64,000 nucleotides of DNA from an uncultured marine group I thaumarchaeote (lineage in GTDB: Archaea; Thermoproteota; Nitrososphaeria; Nitrososphaerales; Nitrosopumilaceae). The notes under the pieces were generated by a model, which worked only from the letters and a program-made list of their open reading frames with translations, was not told the DNA's origin and searched no databases. The position numbers and the translations under genes are program-made. Positions 20,273 through 30,308 of the stretch are shown here, piece after piece. The stretch is from NCBI GenBank assembly GCA_902566725.1, contig CACFJZ010000002.1, positions 1,432 through 65,431 of the forward strand. The letters run 5' to 3'. Numbering within the stretch: the first letter of the stretch is position 1; each line of letters opens with the position of its first letter.

Positions 20273-20899
20273 ATGAGATTAAATTCAATTGTGTTTAGAT
20301 CAGTGTTATTTTCATTGATCCTATCATTAGGAATAATGCCTGCACTAACCGGAGTAACAATTGCAGAAGAACGTGAGATTCCAGAATCACTAAAGCATAT
20401 TTTCACATGTCATGAAACTGTATCCCTCAATGATATGGTGAGAGTAGGTACAAGTTCAAATATTTCAAATGAAATTTTAATCTCAGGAAAAGTAAATTTT
20501 GAGGATGGTAAAGCTGTAAACTTGGGGATTCAAAGAGGATACCCAGCTATAATGTGGATTTACAACGTTAGTCCATTTCTATCAGATTACAGACTAGTTA
20601 TGTCAGATGGAGCAATCATGTCTGAAGATGATTCATTTGTTTTCTCAATTCCAGAAGAAAAGCTTGGAGAAGGTAAATTCACGGCATACATCTTTTATGG
20701 AATACCAAAAGAAAGTATGCAAAATTCAATGATGACAGGAAAGGTAGAATTTTTCAATAAAATAAGTGAAGAAGAATTTGAAGCGGAAGAACTAGTACGT
20801 ATGACCGAAATTGTAGGAGTAGACGATATTAAGAGATTACAGCTTGAAAAGCAAAGGATCTCAGATTCACTTAGTTTACAAAAAATGTGCTTTGATTAA
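20273..20899 (+). CDS. Exported hypothetical protein
   Basis: N-terminal signal-like hydrophobic stretch; TATA-like TTATAT at 20243. Confidence 0.75.
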   Translation: MRLNSIVFRSVLFSLILSLGIMPALTGVTIAEEREIPESLKHIFTCHETVSLNDMVRVGTSSNISNEILISGKVNFEDGKAVNLGIQRGYPAIMWIYNVSPFLSDYRLVMSDGAIMSEDDSFVFSIPEEKLGEGKFTAYIFYGIPKESMQNSMMTGKVEFFNKISEEEFEAEELVRMTEIVGVDDIKRLQLEKQRISDSLSLQKMCFD

Positions 20900-22296
20900 G
20901 CGTTAGTCAAGTTAGAAATTTTATGAGAAAATGAATCAAGACTGATCTCTGAATTTGGAAAGTATGATGCCAGTACAGCCAAAGAGCCGGTAAGGAGTAA
21001 ACCACCAATAGCTATCAGTAAGATACCACTTGCTCTTTCAATCCAGCCAATCCAGCGTTTAATTTTATTAAAGAATGAAATGAAACGGTCAATTGCCAAT
21101 GCAGATATTATAAATGGTATTGCCAATCCTGCTGAATATGCTATGAGTAGCGATGTTCCTGCACCCCAACTTGAACTGGTAGCAGCCATAGTCAAAATTG
21201 CTGCCAATATAGGACCAATACATGGAGTCCAACCAGCACCAAAGGCCATTCCTACAAATAAGGAACCAATATTTTTTGTTGAACGATTTTGGAAGTTGAT
21301 AGATTTTTGCATGTTTAGTTTGTTAAGTTTTAAAATTCCAATTAGATGTAAACCAAATGCAATTAGAACTATACCACCAATTCTTTCAATCCACAGTGTT
21401 GCTTCATCAAACATAGTACCTGCATATGAAACAGCAGAACCAAGAATTACAAAAATTATTGAGAAACCTAAAACAAATAACAGTCCTTTGGTTAAAACCA
21501 TCGTCTGAATCTTAAGTTTTGAACCTGTTGAACCTACCAGTTCTTCATGACCATCAGTAGATTCAGTAATTTTTTCATTAGGTGAGGTAGTACTGTTACC
21601 GGAATTTTGTATGTTTGACAAGTCCTTTAGACTCATTCCGGTAATGAAGGTAGCATATGCAGGGATTAATGGTAAAACACATGGAGACAAAAAGCTTAGT
21701 AAACCTGCAGCAAATGCAATACCAATATTAATTTGATCCATTTGTGATAACTCAAATTCTTCTATCTGTTGTTGTGATTCTTCGGCAGAAGTGATTCCAA
21801 GTGCGCTTTCAATACGCATCTCAACATCTGTTCCTTCAAAGATTGGTCCTTTCCATTCATGAACCAATTCGCCCTTCTCATTTAGAATTAAGGTAATTGG
21901 AGGTCCCATCATTCTAAATTCACGGGAGGCATTATTCTGAGGATCATACCATAATTCAGTAGTCATTTCCATATCATCTGCAAATGACTTTACATAATCT
22001 GGAGAGTGTGTATCGATACTAAGACTAATTGTCTTAAGGCCCATTGGAGAATACTCTTTGTTTAATTCATTGAGATATGGCATCTCTTCAAGACATTCAA
22101 TACACCAAGTTGCCCAGACATTTATCATAACAACCTGACCTTCAAAGTTAGAGATTCTCATTACATCCCCATTGTAATCAAATGCATAGAAATTTGGATA
22201 TGTCTTTGGAGATTCTTGTGCATAAACAGTGCTTACGCTAGACGTGAATAAAATAATAGAAAAAGTGAGAAAAAGGATTTTCCTAGAGACGGTCAT
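20896..22296 (-). CDS. TlpA/ResA-like thioredoxin fused to CcdA/DsbD-beta transmembrane domain
   Basis: Signal peptide; INVWATWCIECLEEMP thioredoxin motif; GLLSFLSPCVLPLIP and GWTPCIGPIL CcdA redox Cys motifs; ATG 22296 overlaps the end of the upstream gene. Confidence 0.92.
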   Translation of the reverse strand: MTVSRKILFLTFSIILFTSSVSTVYAQESPKTYPNFYAFDYNGDVMRISNFEGQVVMINVWATWCIECLEEMPYLNELNKEYSPMGLKTISLSIDTHSPDYVKSFADDMEMTTELWYDPQNNASREFRMMGPPITLILNEKGELVHEWKGPIFEGTDVEMRIESALGITSAEESQQQIEEFELSQMDQINIGIAFAAGLLSFLSPCVLPLIPAYATFITGMSLKDLSNIQNSGNSTTSPNEKITESTDGHEELVGSTGSKLKIQTMVLTKGLLFVLGFSIIFVILGSAVSYAGTMFDEATLWIERIGGIVLIAFGLHLIGILKLNKLNMQKSINFQNRSTKNIGSLFVGMAFGAGWTPCIGPILAAILTMAATSSSWGAGTSLLIAYSAGLAIPFIISALAIDRFISFFNKIKRWIGWIERASGILLIAIGGLLLTGSLAVLASYFPNSEISLDSFSHKISNLTNA

Positions 22297-24049
22297 CCCA
22301 GATTCTAACAAAGATTTCACCCTCGGTTTGCTTATCCTTTACGTTTCCACCAGTGTTGTAACCATCTTTCCATTCTTCATAGACTCCATCTTCGTCTAGG
22401 TTGTCAGTATCTACCCAAACACTAGAGCTATTCCATGTCATTGCGGTGATTCCACCAACAGAGCTAATCCATGCATTGTCACCAGTACCAACTTTTTGCA
22501 TTCCTTGCAGTGAATTGGTTTTTGGATCAATTGCAGCAGTGTAAACTTCTCCTCCTGCAACAGTTCTATCAGACCATGCGAGTCTTGGGACATCGTCAGT
22601 GCCAATAGTAATTTTAATGTGTGCTGGAGGGAAGAATGTTTCACCAAATACTTTTGTTGGATAAGACCATGTTTCAGCATCATCTTTGCTTACTGCATAG
22701 TAAAGACCTGGACCCTCAGCATTTGAACGGCCACCTGTGTACCATGCGGCATGTAAGTAACCATTGCTGTCAAGTGCCATTGAGGAAACCGTGTGAGCGC
22801 ATCCATTTGTCTCATAACCATCATCACCTACAAGTGTTGGAGGTTGCCAGATCATTCCATGATCATCTGACTTTGAGACTACAATGTCACGATAGTTCAC
22901 TTCACCATAATTTCCAATAACATTTCTGTATTGAACAAATGTTTCACCAGTGGTCTTAGAACAGATATCAGTTGAACAGCATGGGCAAACTTTGTTCTTT
23001 ACAATAATAGATTTTGAAAATAATTCTCCTCCATTATCAGAGTATGCCATACGTACCTGACCAGTTGTATATGCACCATTTTGTACACCTCGCGAATCTA
23101 GCCATGCGACATAAACTCTTCCGTCTTCACGAACAGAAATACTTTCAAATGTTTTTGAATGCATCATTCCGTTTGCTGCATCATGATAGTGTGTATTTGG
23201 ATCACCAATTATGGTGTGTACGGGCCATGTTTGACCCCCATCATCAGAACGTGCAAGGATTGTGTATGTATAACCATGTCCAAATCCTTCATCCATTACT
23301 TTTTTGTTTTTGATGGAGTGACCATACAATGCATAAAGCTCACCATTAGGTCCTACTTGCAAGATTGCACCGCCGGCCATGTGAGGTCGGCTTGCAATAC
23401 CAGGTTCATTAACTATCGTAGGGGTAGTCCAGGAATCACCATTATCATATGATGAGGTAAACAAAATGTTTGTGTCACCATTTACAGTATCAGCATATGT
23501 TACGTGTACTGCACTTCGTTGCGCGTCAACTAAAACACTAGGATATGCCATTCCATCACCAGATTGTTTTGCGAATTTGTATTTGTCTTCGTCATAGTAA
23601 TCTAATTCAACAGAGTCAAAGTTTGTTCCCTCAGGGGACTTTGCTAAGATGAAAGTTTCACCATTTCGAGTAGAAGGCATTGTCTCTTTTAGTGCATCAA
23701 CTTGAACAGAGATAATGTTCTCAGCAACTAGAAACTCTACTGCTTTCAAAAATTCTGCATCAGAGATTGCATCAGTTGCCCACCAGGTTGCAGTGTTCTT
23801 AATCCAGTCCGGAACAGATTCTGATCTTTCACCAGAAACTTGCTGAACTGGAACTGAAATAATTCCTGCATTTACCAAGTATTCAATTCCTTGAATAAAC
23901 GATTGTTGATCAATTTTTCCTTCTGCCCACCATGCTGCATTAGTTTTAATCCAGTTTGGGATAGATTCGGCATTAGCAATACCTGAACTAGGTACAGAAA
24001 GAAGAACTGCTGCGAATAAACCAATTATTGCATACTTTCGTATTTGCAT
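22283..24049 (-). CDS. Exported BNR/Asp-box beta-propeller (sialidase-like fold) with CPCC motif and two N-terminal thaumarchaeal PxWIK repeats
   Basis: Signal peptide; Asp-boxes SYDNGDSW, SDDGGQTW, SDNGGELF, SDDHGMIW, SKDDAETW; VCPCC and NGCAH motifs; start ATG 24049 fits TATA at 24071-24078. Confidence 0.85.
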   Translation of the reverse strand: MQIRKYAIIGLFAAVLLSVPSSGIANAESIPNWIKTNAAWWAEGKIDQQSFIQGIEYLVNAGIISVPVQQVSGERSESVPDWIKNTATWWATDAISDAEFLKAVEFLVAENIISVQVDALKETMPSTRNGETFILAKSPEGTNFDSVELDYYDEDKYKFAKQSGDGMAYPSVLVDAQRSAVHVTYADTVNGDTNILFTSSYDNGDSWTTPTIVNEPGIASRPHMAGGAILQVGPNGELYALYGHSIKNKKVMDEGFGHGYTYTILARSDDGGQTWPVHTIIGDPNTHYHDAANGMMHSKTFESISVREDGRVYVAWLDSRGVQNGAYTTGQVRMAYSDNGGELFSKSIIVKNKVCPCCSTDICSKTTGETFVQYRNVIGNYGEVNYRDIVVSKSDDHGMIWQPPTLVGDDGYETNGCAHTVSSMALDSNGYLHAAWYTGGRSNAEGPGLYYAVSKDDAETWSYPTKVFGETFFPPAHIKITIGTDDVPRLAWSDRTVAGGEVYTAAIDPKTNSLQGMQKVGTGDNAWISSVGGITAMTWNSSSVWVDTDNLDEDGVYEEWKDGYNTGGNVKDKQTEGEIFVRIWDDRL

Positions 24050-24104
24050 GTTAATTTGCACATATTCTAATATTATAAGCGACAAGATGTTTTGGTTAAC
24101 GTAT

Positions 24105-24127
24105 TAGTACAATTCTAGAATGAACTA
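24105..24127. promoter_or_regulatory. Putative operator palindrome TAGTACA-N9-TGAACTA
   Basis: 19/23 identical to the site at 30309-30331; both lie 26 bp upstream of a minus-strand TATA box. Confidence 0.7.
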
Positions 24128-26599
24128 TTCTGATTTATCCCAATTTATTATAGCATTACACTCGTAAAATGGCTCATCTAATGCCACGTAACCATCAAAT
24201 TTTCGGATCTCATATGGTTGTACATTTAGTATCTCAGAGTTACCTTGAGCCAATTTTGTACCATCATAGGATTTTAGAATTACACTAAACACAATACGTT
24301 CATAGAATTTTTCATCGTTTGAAAATTCACCATAGATCTCTATAAAACCAAAATCATCTTTAACGCAAGAAAAGTTTTGTATTCCAACTTTAGCCCCAGA
24401 CAATTCAGGATCTGATTGGGTAGGATTCGAGGACTTGGAGGAAGACTTTTGAGAGTTTGATGTATTTTGAGGTTCAGATATATTTTCAAAGATATTTTTT
24501 TCTAGAATATTTTCAAGTTTAGGGGATATATTTCCATGATGTATTTTTTCAAAAATATTATTAGCCACTTTAAAAACAAGTGATGAATCAACAGAGGGAT
24601 AATCTTCATAGGTTGTAATCAGAATTGCAAGATTTTCATAAATGCATATCACCATATGAATTTCATCTTGACTAGCAGGAGTAAAATTTGTGTCATGGTT
24701 ATACATACAATCACCAGTAACATCAGAAGTTCCACTCATATCAGATTGCTCAAAAAATGCATTATAGATACGCGGGTATTTGTCAACAAATGTACGAGCA
24801 TTTTCATTTGAATCATACTGATATATCTCCATCAAAATATAGGGAACCTGATATTTGTTGTATATTGGATCATAATGTCTAGAATTATCATATAGGATTT
24901 TTCCGACAGAATTTTCTATAAGCATAGATTCGGACTCCGTATACTGAAAAATGCCTCTTGCATGATAATCAAAATATTTCCATGTTTTAGGTTCAAAGTA
25001 ATTTGTTTCTAATTCAGTAGGAAAATACGATAACAGAATTTCTTTTGCAGTAGGCAAAATAGGAGTATCATTTACAATATATTGAGAAGGAATTACATCA
25101 ACAAATTTTTCTTGAATTAGATAATACAATACGTCTTTAAATTTTTCATCTTCTATTTCATTGTCCGACCATTTTTCTGCATCAAGTTTTAACCAAAAAG
25201 GTAGATTAGGGATTTCATCATGTATCAATAAAAATGATGATGCTTCAAATTTTTTATTTCCATACATGACATCAACTTCGTATAATCCAGGAAGAGATTC
25301 ACTTGTTATCTCAAATGTGAGATTATTAGGACTTGTTGTAATTAATTGTATAATTTGCTCATCAGGACTTTTGATAAAAATTTGAGAGTTTGAACCTTTA
25401 TTTCCAATTTCATCAGGAAGTTCCCATCTTAGATTGATTAAATCAGTTTCAATACATGAAAAACATTTAGGATTATGTGGAATTTTGAATGTTTGAGATT
25501 TGTATACATCAGTAAAATCCACATAATTAGATAACGGAGTGGCAAGAATATCATCTTTAATTAGAAATTCTATGATTTGGTAAAATCCGTTGTCTGAAAG
25601 TCTAGAATCGGCCCACAATTTTGCAGGGAATTTTAACCAATCAGGAATTTTTTCTTTTTTTAGTTTTTCAAGACGATTATTTTCAACATCAAAATTTGTT
25701 TGGTTTTGTTTATCAAACAATTCTTGTAATCGTTCTTCAAATGTTTTCATTTCTTCAAGTTCGGATTCATCAAAATTTTTTGTGACCCAACGTTTGTTGT
25801 TATAGAATTCTATATCATCTATACTTCCAGAGATCACTCCATTAGAAATGTTTGATTCTATCAGAGGGAATAATCTAAAATATTGAAGATTGTCAACATT
25901 GGCCCATCCTTCAGTATGTTTTTTTTCAATCAATGATTCACGTTGATAATTTTCATTATCAAATATACTAACAGTCAGGAAACTTTGCATTTTTCTATAT
26001 TCAACCCAGAATGTTTTGTTCTTTCCAGGAAGTGTCTCTTGTCTATCAAAGTGACCTTTATCAGGTTGAGAATGCCATTCAAGATAGAAGCCCAAATCAT
26101 ACATAAGAGAAGTACGTGTCATCTTATTACCAGTCATAAAACCTGTGCCCAATCCCCATTGATTTGCATCTCCATGTGTAATATCAGAATTGGTTCCAGA
26201 ACTAGGTTTTGAAAATAATCCAATTAGAAGTTGAGACCATGATGAATCAGTCCCCTCTTTAAAATCGTCAAATGTAATTTTGTATCTTAAAACCCAATCT
26301 TCTCCAATTTTTTCACCTAAAAGTTTTTCAAAATCAATTGATGCAGAGTTAAGTTGTCGTTCTCGAGGTTGGAGTGTATCTGAGATTAAGAAAAATTTTC
26401 CCACACCATCTTCAATTTTCCAATAAGGACTTTTATCAGAATCTAGTCCATACCAGTTATTTTTTTTACTAAAATCAATCACAATATCAGGGATTGCAAT
26501 TTCATTTTCAAACGATTGAGATTCTTCGGCAAATGAAGAAGGTATTAGTATTGTAGAAAAAATCGTGAGCAATAGTAATATGGAAATTAATCTAATCAT
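24125..26599 (-). CDS. Large exported multidomain protein (possible ConA-like N-domain, two PxW(L)K repeats, C-terminal FxLYD-like Ig domain)
   Basis: Signal peptide (SFA|EE); repeats IPDWLKFPAKLWA...EFLI and LPFWLKLDAEKWS...YYLI; Ser/Asn/Pro linker before the final beta-sandwich. Confidence 0.75.
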   Translation of the reverse strand: MIRLISILLLLTIFSTILIPSSFAEESQSFENEIAIPDIVIDFSKKNNWYGLDSDKSPYWKIEDGVGKFFLISDTLQPRERQLNSASIDFEKLLGEKIGEDWVLRYKITFDDFKEGTDSSWSQLLIGLFSKPSSGTNSDITHGDANQWGLGTGFMTGNKMTRTSLMYDLGFYLEWHSQPDKGHFDRQETLPGKNKTFWVEYRKMQSFLTVSIFDNENYQRESLIEKKHTEGWANVDNLQYFRLFPLIESNISNGVISGSIDDIEFYNNKRWVTKNFDESELEEMKTFEERLQELFDKQNQTNFDVENNRLEKLKKEKIPDWLKFPAKLWADSRLSDNGFYQIIEFLIKDDILATPLSNYVDFTDVYKSQTFKIPHNPKCFSCIETDLINLRWELPDEIGNKGSNSQIFIKSPDEQIIQLITTSPNNLTFEITSESLPGLYEVDVMYGNKKFEASSFLLIHDEIPNLPFWLKLDAEKWSDNEIEDEKFKDVLYYLIQEKFVDVIPSQYIVNDTPILPTAKEILLSYFPTELETNYFEPKTWKYFDYHARGIFQYTESESMLIENSVGKILYDNSRHYDPIYNKYQVPYILMEIYQYDSNENARTFVDKYPRIYNAFFEQSDMSGTSDVTGDCMYNHDTNFTPASQDEIHMVICIYENLAILITTYEDYPSVDSSLVFKVANNIFEKIHHGNISPKLENILEKNIFENISEPQNTSNSQKSSSKSSNPTQSDPELSGAKVGIQNFSCVKDDFGFIEIYGEFSNDEKFYERIVFSVILKSYDGTKLAQGNSEILNVQPYEIRKFDGYVALDEPFYECNAIINWDKSE

Positions 26600-26614
26600 A
26601 GATTACTCAGTATC

Positions 26615-28060
26615 TTATGAATTTTCTTTTCTTAAGATTCTTAGAAATTCATCTTTGATCTTAATAAATTCTCTTTTAGATTCAGAATGTTTCGCAAATT
26701 TTATCATGTCAGAAAAGTGAAGACTATTTGATATCAATAATTTTTCAGATTCATCGAAGTTTTTCATTAGAGGAATTAGATCAGAGGTAAGAATTTCTTT
26801 TTCTAGATTTAATTTATTAGAATAAAATAATCTTATAGACTGACTAAGTTTTTCATATGCCTCTTTAACAAGGGTTTTTTCATATAGAGCACTAGCTTCT
26901 TTAAGAAGCAATTTAACTTCAGAAACGTAATTGTAATTTGAGTTAACAGCGATTATAGGAGCAATACATGATGATGGTTTGTAGTGATTTTTTAGTTTAT
27001 GCCATACAATAACTACACCAATAGACAATATAATCGAGGTGAGAATTTCAAATAATGGGAGTTTGTATTGTGTTTTACCATAATTGGGTTCAAATTCAGG
27101 ATTAACAATTACATCTTTGATATGAGAGGTTTGTTGGAATAATTCCTGATCATTTTGTTCTTGTATTTTTTGTTTTAGATTTGCTTCCGAATTAAAAACC
27201 AGTGATTCAGATTCATCTTTATTACCAAATAATGAATTATCAGAATTAGTCTTTTCTGTTTCAGATTCAGGTAAGAACATAGATTCATCAACAGTCAGTT
27301 GTGGCATTAATGAACCTACAACATTATATGACGTATTTTTTATACTTTGTCTGAATAATTGCATTTCTTGCTCAGGTGTGAGATCAAATGCATTTGGAGA
27401 AACATCTCTAAGATCACGAACATGTTGAACATCTAAATTATTTGAAAGAGGATTTTGCATTTGTTTACTAACAGCTCTAGATAGATCATATTTTTTTGGA
27501 GTCAACATATGATTAGGAACATTTTCAAGGTTTTCAAGATCATATCCACGCTCCTGTACAAAATACTCTAAATTTGAACGCATATTTTGAGCGTACTTTG
27601 ATCCATCAATATGATAATTGTTTTCAGTTAATGGGTTTTGTAATGCGTTGACAACTCCAAAATTGCCCATGATCACTTGATCAGTTCTTGACCAAAAATT
27701 TTCAGTATGTTCATAATTTTTTTCCCATTCTTCAATTTGTTCAATTAGTAAATTATTTAGTTCAATTCCTTCGTTTGATGAAATCAAAATTGGATTGCTA
27801 TTTAATGCATAATTGTTTCCAGTGATGAAAACAGTAGGTAACTCTTGTGGTGATGAAGGTATTGGGGAAGAATCAGGAGCGTTGTCCTTTTTTTGTGACT
27901 CTTCATATATGTGATTGGTTGTAGGATCAACAAAAATTACAACCGTTTTTATTTCAGATTCAGAAAATGATTCAGGAATAGTTCCTAACAGGAACATTAT
28001 TGAAAAAAATATTGAAAAAGAATATAGAAAAGTTGGATAAGATTTCAAATTAAACAGCAC
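26615..28060 (-). CDS. Membrane-anchored hypothetical protein (signal peptide, Q/N/E-rich ectodomain, one TM, helical cytoplasmic domain)
   Basis: Hydrophobic N-terminus; TM ILTSIILSIGVVIVW; C-terminal AYEKLSQSIRLFY...SDMIKFAK segment reminiscent of DUF4129/Bat-type tails. Confidence 0.72.
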   Translation of the reverse strand: MLFNLKSYPTFLYSFSIFFSIMFLLGTIPESFSESEIKTVVIFVDPTTNHIYEESQKKDNAPDSSPIPSSPQELPTVFITGNNYALNSNPILISSNEGIELNNLLIEQIEEWEKNYEHTENFWSRTDQVIMGNFGVVNALQNPLTENNYHIDGSKYAQNMRSNLEYFVQERGYDLENLENVPNHMLTPKKYDLSRAVSKQMQNPLSNNLDVQHVRDLRDVSPNAFDLTPEQEMQLFRQSIKNTSYNVVGSLMPQLTVDESMFLPESETEKTNSDNSLFGNKDESESLVFNSEANLKQKIQEQNDQELFQQTSHIKDVIVNPEFEPNYGKTQYKLPLFEILTSIILSIGVVIVWHKLKNHYKPSSCIAPIIAVNSNYNYVSEVKLLLKEASALYEKTLVKEAYEKLSQSIRLFYSNKLNLEKEILTSDLIPLMKNFDESEKLLISNSLHFSDMIKFAKHSESKREFIKIKDEFLRILRKENS

Positions 28061-30252
28061 TAATTTTGTTTAGAATCTAATTCGTAAGAAAGGTTAGTAG
28101 CAGCAGGTTCAACATAGATATAATTTATTACTGGATCCTTTAAGACAGCACCCATCGTTCTAGAATCTAATGCATATATCTTCAGAATATACTCACCAGA
28201 TTGTTTTGGAATCCATTGAATAGCAACTTCTTTGAGTGCTTTTTTAGTGATTGTTTGTTTTTCACTCATTCCAACATATTCAACCTGACCGGACTCTACA
28301 TGTTCAGCCTGAGCAGCAAAGACGAATTGATGTTGTGCATAAGTACTACTTTGGAATTCGCCTATAAGATAAACAATTTCACCTTCTAGAAATGTTCTAG
28401 AGTTTTCAGGACGAGTATATTCGTGTATTCTATCTTTTAACTCACTTGCATCATCTTTAAGATCATTGATTCTTGTAAGTAGACCTTCATATTTGAAAGA
28501 ATGTTCAACCATGTTTTCATGAGTTGGTTCAATGCCCATTTGTCTAACATTAGATTCTTCTATTACTACTAAACGTCTTTGGGTGTTTATTTCATCATTA
28601 ATTTCATTTAATTCACTAGTACTAGGTTTTTCAAATGGCAATATGCTAAGTTTTACCAATCTAACGTCAGATATTGGAGATGCTTCTTTGACTTTAGCAA
28701 AATTGTAAATATCAATATGCTCACATGTGAATGGTTCAGTATCAACTGTATAGTCACCAGGCATTGCACATCCATCTATACTGTATGGTTTTGGTAAAGT
28801 GTAATCTTTGTATTGAACATAGATGTGATCACCTGGTTGTGCATGAAGACGTGCACTTCCTCTTTCATAGCATTCTCCTTTATAGCATCTATATCCACCT
28901 TTACCTGAATTATCCATATCTAAGGATTCTTGATCGGATGTCAAAAACAAAGTTCCGTAGAAAGTTTGATCATTAGCCTGCATTACCCACCAATCACGTT
29001 CATGTCTAAGTTCTAGTTGTATTCCACCTTGATCTGTGTCAGACCAAACACGGACTTCTACGGGAGTAGAATCCCACGGTCTACTAGATACATCCCTATC
29101 AGATAAAATTACAGAGACTTGTTGGTCCATAGTTACAATATCATCACCAAACTTTACCTCACCTTCTTTCATTGTGTAATAGGCAGTTTTACTCACATAC
29201 TTGTCTTCAGAATATTCCCATGTTATTGTAAATGCACCTGTCCTATCAGTTTGCATACTACAAATTTTTGAACCAATTATATCATATTGATTAGAACGGT
29301 CTGTGCCAGATGTAAATTGTTTATTGTAAGCACCATTTGTAACACCATATGACATTTTTTCTGGTAATGCCATGAATCTTTGAATTCCAGATAATGTTAC
29401 AGTTCCAGCAAAGACACCAGTATCAGGACCAATTTCCTTTATTCCTTTTACAGCAGCTAGACTGTTATTTCCTTGATTAGACCACCACTGCATGTATCCT
29501 GGGTAAAAATCACTACTCCAAGTTGTTCTATCTGCTTTGAAGCTTGTTCCACCTAATTCTTTAGAATCGGAACCGAATTTTTTGTATGGATTGTATAATG
29601 ATTTATGAAAGTCAGAACCACGATCTGCAACCCATGATTGATATCCCCATGCAGCTCCTTCTCTACCACCTTCATTTCTCCACATGCCAACTGTTGGGCT
29701 TGCATCAGATGTACAGAAAATTTCATTATATTGCTTATTTCCAATATAATCCGTCTTTAGTGGATCTTCATTAAATCCGGGAGCATAAATTACAACATAA
29801 ACAGTATCAGTGGTATGCCAATCAGTATATTTTTCGGCCTTCATACATTTTTGAATAACGGATTGTCGTAATTCATTTTGATCAATTAATCCAGGAGCGG
29901 TGGCATTAAAGGAATTTCTTCCATCAAATTGATAGTTGTATGCACCGGATCCTTGTGACGTACTACCAAAAGGATTATTTCCACAAAACCACATCTTTAT
30001 TGATTCAGCTTCTGCTGTACCATCAAATCCACCTTTGTAATTATCATAAGGGGTTCTTTGATTATATCCACCCACACCATAATAATTTTTATTTTTTGTA
30101 TTATCTTTTATTTCATCTACAGGATTTTTTGATTCATTAACATCTTCAGAATCTGAAGGAGTAGGAGGATAATCAGGTGCGCTCATAGCTGCAGGGGTGA
30201 GACTAACAGTAAATACAAGTAAGAATGTAAATGCAATAAGCAAATGCTTCAT
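28060..30252 (-). CDS. Shortened, divergent paralogue of the Nitrosopumilus-type S-layer protein (C-terminal Ig-like domains)
   Basis: VYVVIYAPGFN, EIGPDTGVFAGTVTL, VWSDTDQGGIQL, YKDYTLPKPYS and terminal QFVFAAQ...WIPKQSGEY match my recollection of NmSLP C-terminal domains; start ATG 30252 fits TATA at 30275-30282. Confidence 0.75.
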   Translation of the reverse strand: MKHLLIAFTFLLVFTVSLTPAAMSAPDYPPTPSDSEDVNESKNPVDEIKDNTKNKNYYGVGGYNQRTPYDNYKGGFDGTAEAESIKMWFCGNNPFGSTSQGSGAYNYQFDGRNSFNATAPGLIDQNELRQSVIQKCMKAEKYTDWHTTDTVYVVIYAPGFNEDPLKTDYIGNKQYNEIFCTSDASPTVGMWRNEGGREGAAWGYQSWVADRGSDFHKSLYNPYKKFGSDSKELGGTSFKADRTTWSSDFYPGYMQWWSNQGNNSLAAVKGIKEIGPDTGVFAGTVTLSGIQRFMALPEKMSYGVTNGAYNKQFTSGTDRSNQYDIIGSKICSMQTDRTGAFTITWEYSEDKYVSKTAYYTMKEGEVKFGDDIVTMDQQVSVILSDRDVSSRPWDSTPVEVRVWSDTDQGGIQLELRHERDWWVMQANDQTFYGTLFLTSDQESLDMDNSGKGGYRCYKGECYERGSARLHAQPGDHIYVQYKDYTLPKPYSIDGCAMPGDYTVDTEPFTCEHIDIYNFAKVKEASPISDVRLVKLSILPFEKPSTSELNEINDEINTQRRLVVIEESNVRQMGIEPTHENMVEHSFKYEGLLTRINDLKDDASELKDRIHEYTRPENSRTFLEGEIVYLIGEFQSSTYAQHQFVFAAQAEHVESGQVEYVGMSEKQTITKKALKEVAIQWIPKQSGEYILKIYALDSRTMGAVLKDPVINYIYVEPAATNLSYELDSKQN

Positions 30253-30308
30253 TAACGAATTTTCCAAGTTTTATGATATATACTGAATAGAAAATTTTGA
30301 GAAAATAC

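Noticed and set aside
20896-22296. CcdA as evidence of cytochrome c maturation
   Set aside because: No heme-lyase genes or CxxCH cytochrome candidates recognised here; CcdA/TlpA also serve general extracytoplasmic thiol reduction
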